From assembly GCA_027366165.1 (NCBI GenBank), contig DAHXKX010000100.1:3720-67719 (forward strand): a stretch of DNA of 64,000 nucleotides. The letters are read 5' to 3'. Below the pieces are notes generated by a model, which worked only from the letters and a program-made list of their open reading frames with translations, searched no databases and was not told where the DNA came from. The position numbers and the translations under genes were made by a program. The stretch is from Actinomycetota bacterium (GTDB lineage Bacteria > Actinomycetota > Acidimicrobiia > Acidimicrobiales > Acidimicrobiaceae). This document shows positions 27,987 through 38,186 of this stretch, one piece after another (the stretch's first letter is position 1; each line of letters opens with the position of its first letter).

Positions 27987-28324
27987 AAACTCACTCTAGC
28001 TTCCAGTGGCCACAACGTCCTAACCTCACTCATTCGTCAATTGCCCGGCCCTTTACGGGCCGAGGCTGCCAAGCCCGCTCCAATAACACCAGGGCCGCTC
28101 AGCACAGAAATCCCGATGCGACCACATCACGGCAAACCTACATCATCCCCATCAAGACTCCGCTCATCGCGGCGGTACATGGCAAGGAAAAGAATGAAAA
28201 AAAGGTACGCACAAAGACAAAGCCACCATTGGCGCGGGACCTATCACCCGCCAATTATCTGTTCCGCTATAAGACGATTACCTAGGATGTGGCTCGCCAT
28301 CATGGCAGGTACGCAGCGATTCGG

Positions 28325-29614
28325 TTATGTGGTGACTCTAACCACTACGTAATCTTTCTTACCGCGGCGGAGAAGGAGGACTCCCCCGGCGATCAGGTCG
28401 CCAGAATTCACTTTGACATCGGGATCCGCGACTCGGACATTATTCAGATATGCGCCACCCTGTGCAATTACTTTACGCGACTCCGACTTGGATTTGGCCA
28501 GGCCCGCATCATAGAGAAGGTCGGCCAACGCAACTCCATCTGACAACGAACTGGCAGGAATCGAAATGGTCGGTGCGTCTTCAATTGCCAGCGCAAGCAT
28601 TTCTTCAGAAAGCCCTAGTATGTCTTCAGAAAAAAGTGCTTGAGCTGCCACCTTGACTTTCCTGGTCATTTCCGGTCCATGCACCAAGTCAGTCACCGCT
28701 GCCGCCAAAGCGTTTTGTGCTCTGCGCTTACCTGGCTCTCGAACGGTTGCTAGATCGAGTTCCCCCAGTTCATCTGCTCCAAGCCAGGTGAAAGACCTCA
28801 GATAGGAGCCGACGACTTCATCTTCAGCCCTTAGAAAGAATTGGTAGAACTGATATGGCGACGTCTTGTCCGGGTCAATCCAAACAGTTCCCGATTCACT
28901 CTTTCCGAACTTTGTTCCATCCGCTTTGAGCACAAGCGGTGTAGTCAGCCCGTAGGCAACCTTCTGGCGCATCTTCCTGATTAGTTCAATCCCGGAGGTG
29001 ATATTGCCCCATTGATCGGATGCCCCCATCTGCAAAATGCAGTTGTAATTATCGAACAAGTGCAGAAAGTCGTATGACTGGAGAAGCATATACGTGAACT
29101 CTGTGAAAGAAATTCCCTGATCCCTTGAGGCTATACGCGACTTAACGGACTCCTTGGCGACCATCTGGTTTACACTGAAATATTTTCCAATGTCTCTCAG
29201 AAAATCGACCAGATGGATCCTGCCCAACCAGTCCGCGTTGTTGAGCACCAGAGCGGAGTTCGTCTTGCTTTCAAAATCTAGAAAACGGGAAAGTTGAGCT
29301 TCAATCCTTGCCAAATTCTGCGCAAGGATGTCACCATCGAGCAGATTGCGCTCCTCACTTTTGCCAGACGGGTCACCAATCAGTCCAGTTGCACCACCCG
29401 CAACCGCAATCGGCCGGTGACCATGCTCCTGAAGTCTTTTAAGATTGAAGATCTGCACAAGGTGCCCGACATGAAGCGAATCCGCAGTCGGGTCAAACCC
29501 AATATACGCACTGAGTGAAGAGCTGTTCAACATCTCCCCAATTGCGGAATCCGTCACCTGGGCGATCAGACCCCGGCCCTTCATTTCCTCAAATAGACCC
29601 ACGCCGTCTCCCAC
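28325..29614 (-). CDS. tyrS: Tyrosine--tRNA ligase
   Basis: Carries the HIGH-type motif (DSLHVGHL), the KMSKS-type motif (KFGKSESG) and a C-terminal S4-like domain. Confidence 0.93.
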   Translation of the reverse strand: MGDGVGLFEEMKGRGLIAQVTDSAIGEMLNSSSLSAYIGFDPTADSLHVGHLVQIFNLKRLQEHGHRPIAVAGGATGLIGDPSGKSEERNLLDGDILAQNLARIEAQLSRFLDFESKTNSALVLNNADWLGRIHLVDFLRDIGKYFSVNQMVAKESVKSRIASRDQGISFTEFTYMLLQSYDFLHLFDNYNCILQMGASDQWGNITSGIELIRKMRQKVAYGLTTPLVLKADGTKFGKSESGTVWIDPDKTSPYQFYQFFLRAEDEVVGSYLRSFTWLGADELGELDLATVREPGKRRAQNALAAAVTDLVHGPEMTRKVKVAAQALFSEDILGLSEEMLALAIEDAPTISIPASSLSDGVALADLLYDAGLAKSKSESRKVIAQGGAYLNNVRVADPDVKVNSGDLIAGGVLLLRRGKKDYVVVRVTT

Positions 29615-29624
29615 AACTCACGCT

Positions 29625-31343
29625 CTAAAGTCCTGTCCTGTCAAGTGCCTCTTCAGCTCGGCACTTTCCCGCCTCTAAGGCCTTCTGGTGAACTGCAACA
29701 TTCTCCGAGCGGTCAGATCTGGCAATGACCAATCTGACTCCCCCCTTTCTGGAAAACTCTTCAAGCTCTCGCCGTAGGAATACAACGTCTTTGACCACTT
29801 GAGTGTATAGTCCAAACCCGCTTCCAATGGCTGCCAGATCTCCATTTTGGGGCGCTGCAAAGAGCCTTTCGAACTTATCTTTCTCCAATGAGGCGGATCG
29901 AGGCAGAAACGAGAAGATTCCCCCTCCGGAGTTATCGGTCACACAAATGAAAATATTTAATCCGCTACTTGAAATGTCAGCAAGTGCACCGATATCATGA
30001 CGAAACGCAAGATCACCGATCAACAGAAAGGACCGACTGCCAGGGTTCCGCCTCTGGTGCGCCGTCGCTGCACCGTGAAAACTGGATGTGACTCCGTCTA
30101 TTCCGTTCACTCCCCGGTTTGAATATACGGTTGGCAGCTTTTCTGACAGCGGCGCAAACCACTCGAGATCTCTGATTGGCATGGAAGACGACGCGAACAC
30201 CATATCGCCGGATCCGGCAGCTCCATACACCTCCGAAGACACGACAGGGTCGCTGAGATCGGTGCCAAGGTTCTCCCGGATACCCTCATTTGCAGCACTG
30301 TCAATAGCCATCAACCCTTTGAGATATTCAGACGGCGCCGAACCTTCAGGCAACGACGTCAAGAAAGAGTGCACCGTCCCGAAATAAAAATCACTGACCA
30401 CATTGAGCGGATCTCGCCAGTTCCAGCCCGGCGAAACCCTGATTATTCTCGATCCAGCCTTGGCGGAGTGAGCAATGAAGCTACTGACTGTTCTCGATGC
30501 GAGGTCATTCCCCAAAAGCACGACAATTTCGGGCCAGATGTGGCCTCGGATCCTATCGGAACGAAGAAACGCCTCAAAACTGCCAAGCGAACAGCCGGAC
30601 GCATATCTAAAGCCTGAACTGGGACCCGCGACCACAGGCCAACCCAGTTCAACGCACTTTGCAATCTCGTCCTCTCCGAGACTCCGGTCTGACTCCCCGG
30701 CTATCATTAGCACACGTCTCGCACGCCCAAGATCCTCAAACAGCCCTTCAGCACCATCAAGGTGGGTCCTATACCAGGTTGCCTGGCCTGCCCTAGGTGG
30801 TGATATTTCCGGGTCTTCTTCGATCAACGGCTCTCTAAACGCCAGATTCAGATGAACCGGCCCCCGCGCGAGTGGGTTCGATACCGACTCATGAAAGGCC
30901 CTTGAACCTAGTGCACGCCAATGAGCCCTGTTACCTGCATCGGGCACCGACGGCGAAGATCTGAAGAGTACCACATCGGAAAACAGTTCCTCCTGCTCCA
31001 TAGTCTGGGCGGCGCCGAACTTGTGGGCCTCGAGGGGCCGATCCGCGGTCAGAATAATCATCGGAACTCCCGAGTGGAATGCCTCGGTTACGCTCGGTCT
31101 CAGATTGGCAGTAGCCGTCCCGGATGTGGTGAGAATCACGGTGGGCATTCCGCTAACCTTGGAAAGTCCGAGCGCGTGGAAACCCGCCGAGCGCTCGTCC
31201 AGAACAACATGAGTGGCAATCCTTTCACTCTGGCCAAGAGCAACGGCCATTGGACCAGACCGTGAACCAGGCGATATGACGGCATCCGTGACACCTGCCA
31301 ATTCCCATTCACTAACTAAGCTGAGTGCAAATCCAAGGTTCAT
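29625..31343 (-). CDS. menD: 2-succinyl-5-enolpyruvyl-6-hydroxy-3-cyclohexene-1-carboxylate synthase
   Basis: The architecture is that of a ThDP enzyme (GSRSGPMAVAL; TPP-binding GDLAFRHD...N). It lies in a men cluster. ATG at 31343 is preceded by GGGAAGAG. Confidence 0.85.
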   Translation of the reverse strand: MNLGFALSLVSEWELAGVTDAVISPGSRSGPMAVALGQSERIATHVVLDERSAGFHALGLSKVSGMPTVILTTSGTATANLRPSVTEAFHSGVPMIILTADRPLEAHKFGAAQTMEQEELFSDVVLFRSSPSVPDAGNRAHWRALGSRAFHESVSNPLARGPVHLNLAFREPLIEEDPEISPPRAGQATWYRTHLDGAEGLFEDLGRARRVLMIAGESDRSLGEDEIAKCVELGWPVVAGPSSGFRYASGCSLGSFEAFLRSDRIRGHIWPEIVVLLGNDLASRTVSSFIAHSAKAGSRIIRVSPGWNWRDPLNVVSDFYFGTVHSFLTSLPEGSAPSEYLKGLMAIDSAANEGIRENLGTDLSDPVVSSEVYGAAGSGDMVFASSSMPIRDLEWFAPLSEKLPTVYSNRGVNGIDGVTSSFHGAATAHQRRNPGSRSFLLIGDLAFRHDIGALADISSSGLNIFICVTDNSGGGIFSFLPRSASLEKDKFERLFAAPQNGDLAAIGSGFGLYTQVVKDVVFLRRELEEFSRKGGVRLVIARSDRSENVAVHQKALEAGKCRAEEALDRTGL

Positions 31344-31381
31344 TGTCTCTCTTCCCAACCGAGTATCTAAAGCGAGCCTAA

Positions 31382-32251
31382 ATGAATTTCCAAATTAGCG
31401 AATCAACTCTGAGGAACACAGGGCAACTAATGGTCTCGCAATCGCCCGCAACGGCCACCGGACTTGCTCAAACCAAATATATCCGTGCGGACCGCGAATC
31501 AGAACAGAGGGTTGTGCTCATCCATGGTTTCACCCAGAATGGTGCCAGCTTTAAAGAAATCGCGAGCACCCTGGCTATTAACTTCCCGTTTGAAGTCATT
31601 TGCGTCGATCTCCCGGGACACGGGGACTCCACAGGGATCAAGGCCAACCTGGAACAAACGGCGGATTTGATGCGCCCACTGGGAATGGAAAGCATTTGGG
31701 TGGGATACTCGCTAGGGGCACGCCATCTACTTACCCTTTGCCTTCAAAATCCCGATCACAGGTGGAAAGCCATCTTGTCGGGGGTCAATCCCGGAATTGA
31801 ACAGGAGACGGAGCGGCACCAGAGATATCAAGAGGACCTGGCGCTGGCGGCAAAGATAAGGCTACTCAAAGATGACACCGCGGGATTCAAAGAATTCCTG
31901 GAGCGCTGGATGGCTCTCCCACTCTTTCAGCCAAGGATTACAAGGAACTCGGAAATCGAAACCAGGCTGGCAAACAGCCCAGATGGACTGGCGGATTCAC
32001 TTGAAACCACGAGCGTGGGAGTTCAACGGAATCTTTGGCCCGAACTTGAAAAACTGCACGGAAATCTGACGCTAATTACGGGAGGGTCTGATTCAAAATA
32101 CCTGAGAATCGCCGAGAGAGCCGAGTCATTGCTAGAGAACCGCGAAGGACTTGAAATCAGCTACAAGGTGATCGCCGGTCTAGGACATGCCGCCATCTTT
32201 GACCAGCCCCAAACTCTCATTGACGCCGTCGTTTCCCATGCAGGCGTATGA
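31382..32251 (+). CDS. menH: Alpha/beta hydrolase, probable SHCHC synthase
   Basis: Carries VVLIHGFTQNG and GYSLGARH (nucleophile elbow). It is divergent from menD. The functional assignment rests on context. Confidence 0.6.
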   Translation: MNFQISESTLRNTGQLMVSQSPATATGLAQTKYIRADRESEQRVVLIHGFTQNGASFKEIASTLAINFPFEVICVDLPGHGDSTGIKANLEQTADLMRPLGMESIWVGYSLGARHLLTLCLQNPDHRWKAILSGVNPGIEQETERHQRYQEDLALAAKIRLLKDDTAGFKEFLERWMALPLFQPRITRNSEIETRLANSPDGLADSLETTSVGVQRNLWPELEKLHGNLTLITGGSDSKYLRIAERAESLLENREGLEISYKVIAGLGHAAIFDQPQTLIDAVVSHAGV

Positions 32252-32736
32252 CCAGAACTAGCCAGCCAGCCCTCAGACTTATTCCGCAGTGAAGGACAAG
32301 TCGTGGCAGAATTAATTGTTGTATAGCACAGACGCGTCGGTTGCTAGAGTTTGGTAAGAAGTGGTGCCGGCCTCTAAGGCCGGCTGGGTCGGGCTTTAAC
32401 CGATCAATCCAAGTACAGACATCGCAGTCTCAACTTCGGCAAGTAAAACTCCCGAGCACTCAGGTGGACGGCCTGGGGCCTCCCTCAACCACAGCCCCAG
32501 TTTCAACAGTAACCAAAATGGGCAACCGTTGGCCTGCGCATTCGAATAGCCGCTATTTTCACGTCTTCCGACGGGTCCGATATTTGTAGGCCAAGGTTTG
32601 CCGGCCCAGGACGAGCCCAAATAATGCCCGGGGCAAGCGGAATTTGCGGCGCAAGCGACTGGAATTACGAGCTGTTTGAGCTTATGATTTTCGCGAATTC
32701 CCCGGATTTATCCGTGCAAAGAATATCCAGCCTTGC

Positions 32737-34314
32737 TCAGGAAGGCTTTTGTGTGCTTCTCTGATAGATTGTGCCCAGTTCAGAACCGGAGGCGGAAACA
32801 CTCTTGAAGTGGCCGTTGAAATAGGACCGGGTTACGGCAGTCCAGGGAACCCTCCGGGCGTTTTGAGGTGTCAGCCACAGATATTGAGCCCTATTCAAAG
32901 CGGAAAGCCAATACGAGACGACTCCAGCAGTCTGCGCAGCCCCTCCGTCCACCGTCCTTCCGCCACTTAGTGAAAGGGCCGTACCAAACGGATCCAGCAA
33001 TCTCGGGCAGTCAGCACTGGTCGAATAGAACCGGTTTGACGCTATCAGAAGCGACACCTGATCGCTCACGACACAGGCACCCTTTGGAATCACCAGGTCG
33101 GCCATCTTTTCCGGAAGCGGCGCCGCTGGGGCTACTGACTCATATGCAACCTGCAGCACCACAAAGAGCGAGAGCATGGCAGCCGCCACTGGGAAAGCGA
33201 CACTTTCCCGGCCATCACGGAGTTCGCCCCAACGGTCACCGGCAGAACTTGAAACGGCCACAGCAAGCGTCAACGCCAGGAAGGGGGCCTCGAACGCCGC
33301 GTAGTGGTAGTAGAAGTCGTTTGGCCACATCAAAGCCAAAAAGACAAGTGCTGTGGTTGCCACAGCGAAAACTGAAAGAGTGGTGCCGCGCCAAATCACA
33401 CGCATCAATGCGGCAACGAATAATAGCACCAGCGTCAAAGAAAGCACCACCACAACCAGGCTAAGATGGCCAAACAGCCATACCAAAGGGCCCGCGCCGG
33501 TGAGGTCGCTAAGCCGGGTTTCGATACCGACCCGCTGCCCAGGAACCCTGGAAAGTTGAACGGCAACAACCTGGTGAAAGAATTCCCGTGGGGCCAGCGC
33601 GATGAAAGGCGACGTGAAGGCCGCAAACCCCGTGCCGGTTCCGAGGATCAAAGTGAAGGGATTGCCAATGCCAGATGCCCTTGATTCCACAAAGGCCAAA
33701 ATGACGACCACAACCACTGGAATAATTGCCCAGGCTTTGACAGAACCGGCGACTCCGAAAAATATGCCCCCAACAAAAATGGCAGACCTGGAGCCTCTGA
33801 AGTGAAAAGATCTGAAACAAAACACCAAGGCAAGCAGACAGAAAAAATTCAGATACGGTTCCAGGAGTACCGTTTGCGATGAAGCTATCCCCTGGGGATA
33901 AACCGCCATCACGCCGCAGGCCACGGTGATGGCAGTCTTTCCACGTGATCTGACCAGCAATCCCACCAACGCCACATTCGCCCCGGCGACCGCCACGGTG
34001 AAAACCCTTGCAACTGCCAGCCCATTCGCAGTTCCTATCGCCTTGGCAAGCAGCGCTATAGGACTTAAAAGAACTGCAATACCCGGTGGCTGCACCAGAA
34101 CGTAGTCCTTATAGGGAACAAATCCCCCAATGAGACGTAGCGCCGCGCCGAAATAGACTCCGTCGTCATATTCGGTTATTCCAAACAGGTGTCCCGGCAA
34201 AGACAACTGATAACCCCTTAGTCCAAGCCCGATTGCCACAATGAGTAGAATCAGCCCGCGATGCTCTCCTGAGGAGTCAGATTCATATGATGTTCTGGCT
34301 AAAGGTAACGCCAC
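32737..34314 (-). CDS. GT-C fold glycosyltransferase (GT39/GT87-like polytopic membrane protein)
   Basis: 525 aa with more than 10 hydrophobic helices. The first-loop acidic motif is EYDDGVYFGAALRL. Confidence 0.6.
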   Translation of the reverse strand: MALPLARTSYESDSSGEHRGLILLIVAIGLGLRGYQLSLPGHLFGITEYDDGVYFGAALRLIGGFVPYKDYVLVQPPGIAVLLSPIALLAKAIGTANGLAVARVFTVAVAGANVALVGLLVRSRGKTAITVACGVMAVYPQGIASSQTVLLEPYLNFFCLLALVFCFRSFHFRGSRSAIFVGGIFFGVAGSVKAWAIIPVVVVVILAFVESRASGIGNPFTLILGTGTGFAAFTSPFIALAPREFFHQVVAVQLSRVPGQRVGIETRLSDLTGAGPLVWLFGHLSLVVVVLSLTLVLLFVAALMRVIWRGTTLSVFAVATTALVFLALMWPNDFYYHYAAFEAPFLALTLAVAVSSSAGDRWGELRDGRESVAFPVAAAMLSLFVVLQVAYESVAPAAPLPEKMADLVIPKGACVVSDQVSLLIASNRFYSTSADCPRLLDPFGTALSLSGGRTVDGGAAQTAGVVSYWLSALNRAQYLWLTPQNARRVPWTAVTRSYFNGHFKSVSASGSELGTIYQRSTQKPS

Positions 34315-34358
34315 GTTTCGGGTACATTTCTTCTCGGCCTGGGAAAGAGCGTATCAAA

Positions 34359-35228
34359 CTAGAGAGCAATAGCGACCGAAAAGAACACAGCAAGAGCGAG
34401 TTGCATCCTGCCGGTCAAACCGAGAGCTGGAATCAGCTCCTTGCCCTTCGCTCCACCATGAATAGCCTTTAGTGGCTGAAAAGAGAATGGTATCGCCAAC
34501 AAGCCGAATGGACCGAATCGATAATAGAACCACGAAAGAACCACGAAAATGAACATCAATACGACGAGGACGCTATAGAGCAGCCTCGTTCCGCTGTCTC
34601 CAATTCTAACCGCAAGCGTCTTCTTCCCTGAACTGGTATCAGATGGTATGTCACGGAGGTTATTTACCACGAGAAGACACACTGAGGATATACCTACAGG
34701 AACAGCTACCAGAAATTGACCGAGAGTCACATGTCCAATTTGAACGTATGCAGTCCCAACTACGGCAACAAGCCCAAAGAATATGAAGACGAACAATTCT
34801 CCGTAGCCGTAATACCCGTACGGCTTTGGACCTCCGGTATAGAACCAGCCTGCCAGGATCGCGGCCGCCCCAACAGCAATGAGCCAAAAGGTTGTCATCA
34901 CGGCCAGAATAAGGCCGAGTATTCCGGCGAGTAAGAAAAACCCGAAGGCAGCCCGTTTCACAACCTTTGCACTCTTGAGTCCCGAAGCCACAAGACGGAC
35001 TGGGCCCGCCCGGTTCTCATCGGTACCGCGAATTCCATCGGAGTAGTCATTGGAGTAGTTCGAGGCGATCTGCAGCGACAACGATACTCCAAGGGCCAGA
35101 ACCGCCTCCAATGGTCTAAAGCTGCCTGCGGAGACCGCTACACCAGTGCCAACGGCAACAGGCACCACTGCCGCAGGAAGTGTCCTAGGGCGTGCACCCG
35201 CAACCCAGAGAGTTAGTGACATAAACAA
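34359..35228 (-). CDS. menA: 1,4-dihydroxy-2-naphthoate polyprenyltransferase
   Basis: UbiA-family motif NYSNDYSDGIRGTD is present. The protein is polytopic and 289 aa long. Confidence 0.88.
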   Translation of the reverse strand: MFMSLTLWVAGARPRTLPAAVVPVAVGTGVAVSAGSFRPLEAVLALGVSLSLQIASNYSNDYSDGIRGTDENRAGPVRLVASGLKSAKVVKRAAFGFFLLAGILGLILAVMTTFWLIAVGAAAILAGWFYTGGPKPYGYYGYGELFVFIFFGLVAVVGTAYVQIGHVTLGQFLVAVPVGISSVCLLVVNNLRDIPSDTSSGKKTLAVRIGDSGTRLLYSVLVVLMFIFVVLSWFYYRFGPFGLLAIPFSFQPLKAIHGGAKGKELIPALGLTGRMQLALAVFFSVAIAL

Positions 35229-35263
35229 AACCCTTTCGCCAACAGGAATAAGATCGTTGCCGG

Positions 35264-36100
35264 CTACGGCCTGCGTGGAAAACGCGAAAAATCAGCCTTG
35301 CGCTTTTCCTTGTAGGCATTGCGCCCCTCCTGAGCCTCCTCTGTCATGTAAAAGAGCATTGTCGCGTCGCCGGCAAGTTGCTGGATCCCCGCAAGGCCTT
35401 CGTCTGCGGCGTTGAATGACGCTTTCAGCATCCTAAGTGCAATGGGTGACAGGTTCAGCATCTGCTCACACCACTCAACAGTTGTCTCTTCCAACTGGTC
35501 GAGTGGAACGACAGTGTTTACCAACCCCATATCCAGAGCTTCCTCCGCGTCATACTGACGGCAGAGGAACCATATCTCTTTTGCCTTTTTGAGACCCACC
35601 GTCCTGGCAAGCAGGCCTGACCCGTATCCACCGTCGAAGCTGCCCACTCTTGGTCCGGTCTGACCAAAGCGGGCGTTATCAGCGGCAATCGTCAGATCAC
35701 ACACAAGATGTAGAACGTGGCCGCCACCAATGGCAAAACCCGCCACCATTGCCACCACCGGCTTTGGCAACCTTCTTATCTGGATCTGTAGATCCAGAAC
35801 ATTCAGCCGGCCAATGCCCGCTTTACCGAGCGAGTCCCCACCGATATAACCGTCATTTCCCCGTATTCTCTGATCACCACCGGAACAGAAAGCCAACGGC
35901 CCCTCCCCGGTTAGAATTACTACGCCCACTGACGGGTCATCCCGCGCAACCTCAAAGGCGTTTGAAAGTTCAAACAACGTCTGAGGTCGAAATGCGTTTC
36001 TGACTTCGGGACGATTTATGGTAACCTTCGCAATTCCACCACTAGTCTCATACTTGATATCCTCATATGTTCCCCGTGATTCCCAAACTGTCTTTGCCAT
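35264..36100 (-). CDS. menB: 1,4-dihydroxy-2-naphthoyl-CoA synthase
   Basis: A crotonase fold with [19 protein letters not shown] and GGGHVLH motifs. Length is 278 aa. Confidence 0.9.
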   Translation of the reverse strand: MAKTVWESRGTYEDIKYETSGGIAKVTINRPEVRNAFRPQTLFELSNAFEVARDDPSVGVVILTGEGPLAFCSGGDQRIRGNDGYIGGDSLGKAGIGRLNVLDLQIQIRRLPKPVVAMVAGFAIGGGHVLHLVCDLTIAADNARFGQTGPRVGSFDGGYGSGLLARTVGLKKAKEIWFLCRQYDAEEALDMGLVNTVVPLDQLEETTVEWCEQMLNLSPIALRMLKASFNAADEGLAGIQQLAGDATMLFYMTEEAQEGRNAYKEKRKADFSRFPRRP

Positions 36101-36220
36101 TCGTTCTTTTTCCTCACTTCGATTGATTTCTGCAGCTCAGCAGAAACAACCCCATAACTTTTCAAATTCGAGAATTATCTAAATCTAGACTTCGATGCGC
36201 CGTTTCCGGCAAGAATAACC

Positions 36221-37366
36221 GTGCCTCTGGCTAGCCTAACGTTTGTGAGAGAGCTAGTCGCGCTTGACATTCCCGCCACAAATCATTTGGTCGACATCAT
36301 CAATTCCATCTGGGAAGACGGCGATGCGTTTTTCCCAATCGACCAACGACTGCCGGCCAAAGTCAAGAAAGCACTGATCGACCTTCTCAAGCCATCAAGG
36401 TTGATCGATTCAACGGGAGGAACCACAAAACTCGACGGAGCCGTTCCTATTGAAGCTGATCAGCGCTTGGCCATGGCTACCTCGGGCACAACCGGATCGC
36501 CAAAAATCGTGATGTACACCATGGACCAGCTGGTTGCTTCAGCCGATGCCACCGCCGCACGAATCGGGGTAATGGCATCGGACAAATGGCTCTGCTGTCT
36601 GCCCATTGCACATATCGGAGGGTTGTCGGTCATCATCAGATCAGTGCTCCTCGGCAACCCTGTTGAGGTGCAAAACGGATTTGACGCACGCGACGTCGAT
36701 GAGGCAGCTCGGCTTGGTGCCACGCTCACCTCACTTGTGCCCGCCGCACTGACGCTGATCGACCCGAAAATCTTTCGCAAAATAGTTCTCGGAGGATCGA
36801 AACCGCCCCGGCAACTTCCCACCAACACCATGGTCACTTACGGGCTGACTGAAACTGGATCCGGTGTGGTCTATGACAGCGTACCGCTTCCTGGACTCGA
36901 AATAATGATTTCTTCCCAGAGCGAAATCCTGCTGAAGGGTCCAATGATTGCGACCTCCTACAGAGACGGCAGCGCGATCCAGGACGATTTGGGCTGGTTA
37001 CACACCAGAGACTCGGGAAGTTTCACCAGCAACAAACTGGAGGTGTTTGGCAGGGTTGACGAAATAATAAACTCTGGCGGAGAGAAAGTTTTTCCAGGAA
37101 TTATCGAATCGCTCCTGGAATCGCACCCTAAAGTTCACCAGATCGCCGTCATTGCTTTGTCTGACTCGAGATGGGGTGAGGCAGTGACTGCCGTGGTGGT
37201 CCCCAGTCCAGAATTTGATCCGCCGACTCTTGCGGAACTCAGAGAATTCGTGAAATCAGAACTGCCACCCTATTGCGCTCCTACCAGGCTAGAGATTGTG
37301 AACGATATGCCCATGACCAACCTGGGAAAGATACAAAAGAACATCCTGAAGAAGATGCTCAGCTAA
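36221..37366 (+). CDS. menE: o-Succinylbenzoate--CoA ligase (short AMP-binding enzyme)
   Basis: Carries the AMP-binding motif TSGTTGSPK, plus YGLTETG and a C-terminal GKIQK. It lies in the men cluster. Confidence 0.8.
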   Translation: MPLASLTFVRELVALDIPATNHLVDIINSIWEDGDAFFPIDQRLPAKVKKALIDLLKPSRLIDSTGGTTKLDGAVPIEADQRLAMATSGTTGSPKIVMYTMDQLVASADATAARIGVMASDKWLCCLPIAHIGGLSVIIRSVLLGNPVEVQNGFDARDVDEAARLGATLTSLVPAALTLIDPKIFRKIVLGGSKPPRQLPTNTMVTYGLTETGSGVVYDSVPLPGLEIMISSQSEILLKGPMIATSYRDGSAIQDDLGWLHTRDSGSFTSNKLEVFGRVDEIINSGGEKVFPGIIESLLESHPKVHQIAVIALSDSRWGEAVTAVVVPSPEFDPPTLAELREFVKSELPPYCAPTRLEIVNDMPMTNLGKIQKNILKKMLS

Positions 37367-38135
37367 ACGAGGTGCTCCGGACCAAGGCCCCTCCGTCCAC
37401 GACGATATTGGCGCCAGTCATCCAGCCGGAAAGGTCGCAGGCGAGAAAAAGCGCCACGCCTGAAATGTCGCTGGGTTCACCTATACGTCCCAGGGGAAGG
37501 CTGTTTGCAAGCCGATCTCCCCAGTTCTCCCACAGCGTCCGGGCAAACTCAGTCCTGACGAGGCCGGGGGAGATCGAGTTGACCCTGACTCTGGGCGCCA
37601 GTTCGTTTGCCAGCTGGCGAGTGAGATGGATCAGGCCGGCCTTGGACACGTTGTAGAAACCAATTCCCTGCTCAATAATCATTCCTCCTATTGACGCGAT
37701 ATTGATGCAGCTGGCATGTTCAGTTGAGTCTTTCCAGAATGCCGACCAAAATTCTGACGTCCACATTTGAACCGCTTCGAGATTGACTTCAAGAATCTTT
37801 CTGACCGCAGATCGTTCGATGTCAACAGTGGACCCATAGTAGGGATTTGCCGCGGCTCCGTTGACCAGGATATGCGCAAAGCCATACTTGCTCTTGCAGT
37901 ACGAAATTACCTGCTCCAAACCCACTGGATCCGAAACATTTGCGGCAACCCATCCGACTCGCTCGCCGCCAACCATTTCATTGATTCTCTGCGACGTTGC
38001 CACAAGGTTCTCCGGCTTCCGCGAAACCAGAACCACCGTGGCACCCGACTGGGCGAAGATCTCGGCTATTGCCTCCCCAATGCCTCTGGACCCTCCAGTG
38101 ATGACCGCAACCTTGTTATTGAGACTGACATCCAT
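37359..38135 (-). CDS. SDR family oxidoreductase
   Basis: Carries TGGSRGIGEAIA and YNVSKAG (YxxxK). Length is 258 aa. Confidence 0.85.
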   Translation of the reverse strand: MDVSLNNKVAVITGGSRGIGEAIAEIFAQSGATVVLVSRKPENLVATSQRINEMVGGERVGWVAANVSDPVGLEQVISYCKSKYGFAHILVNGAAANPYYGSTVDIERSAVRKILEVNLEAVQMWTSEFWSAFWKDSTEHASCINIASIGGMIIEQGIGFYNVSKAGLIHLTRQLANELAPRVRVNSISPGLVRTEFARTLWENWGDRLANSLPLGRIGEPSDISGVALFLACDLSGWMTGANIVVDGGALVRSTSFS

Positions 38136-38186
38136 AGTGAGACTTTAGGCTCATTATGAACCATTTGCGTGGAATCGGGGTTATTC

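Noticed and set aside
27391-27999. 202-aa plus-strand ORF (also 27960-28352 and 27447-27653)
   Set aside because: It is largely antisense to rnd, and the products are Arg/Pro/Ser-rich and low-complexity. These are shadow ORFs.
28137-28150. tmRNA-like 5' end on the minus strand (GGGGATGATGTAGG...)
   Set aside because: No GGUUCGA-type T-arm, no 3' CCA-adjacent acceptor partner, and no plausible tag reading frame ending in ...LAA within the following 400 nt.
29615-29624. T-box leader for tyrS
   Set aside because: Only 10 nt separate the menD stop from the tyrS start, so there is no room for a leader. tyrS appears to be co-transcribed with menD.
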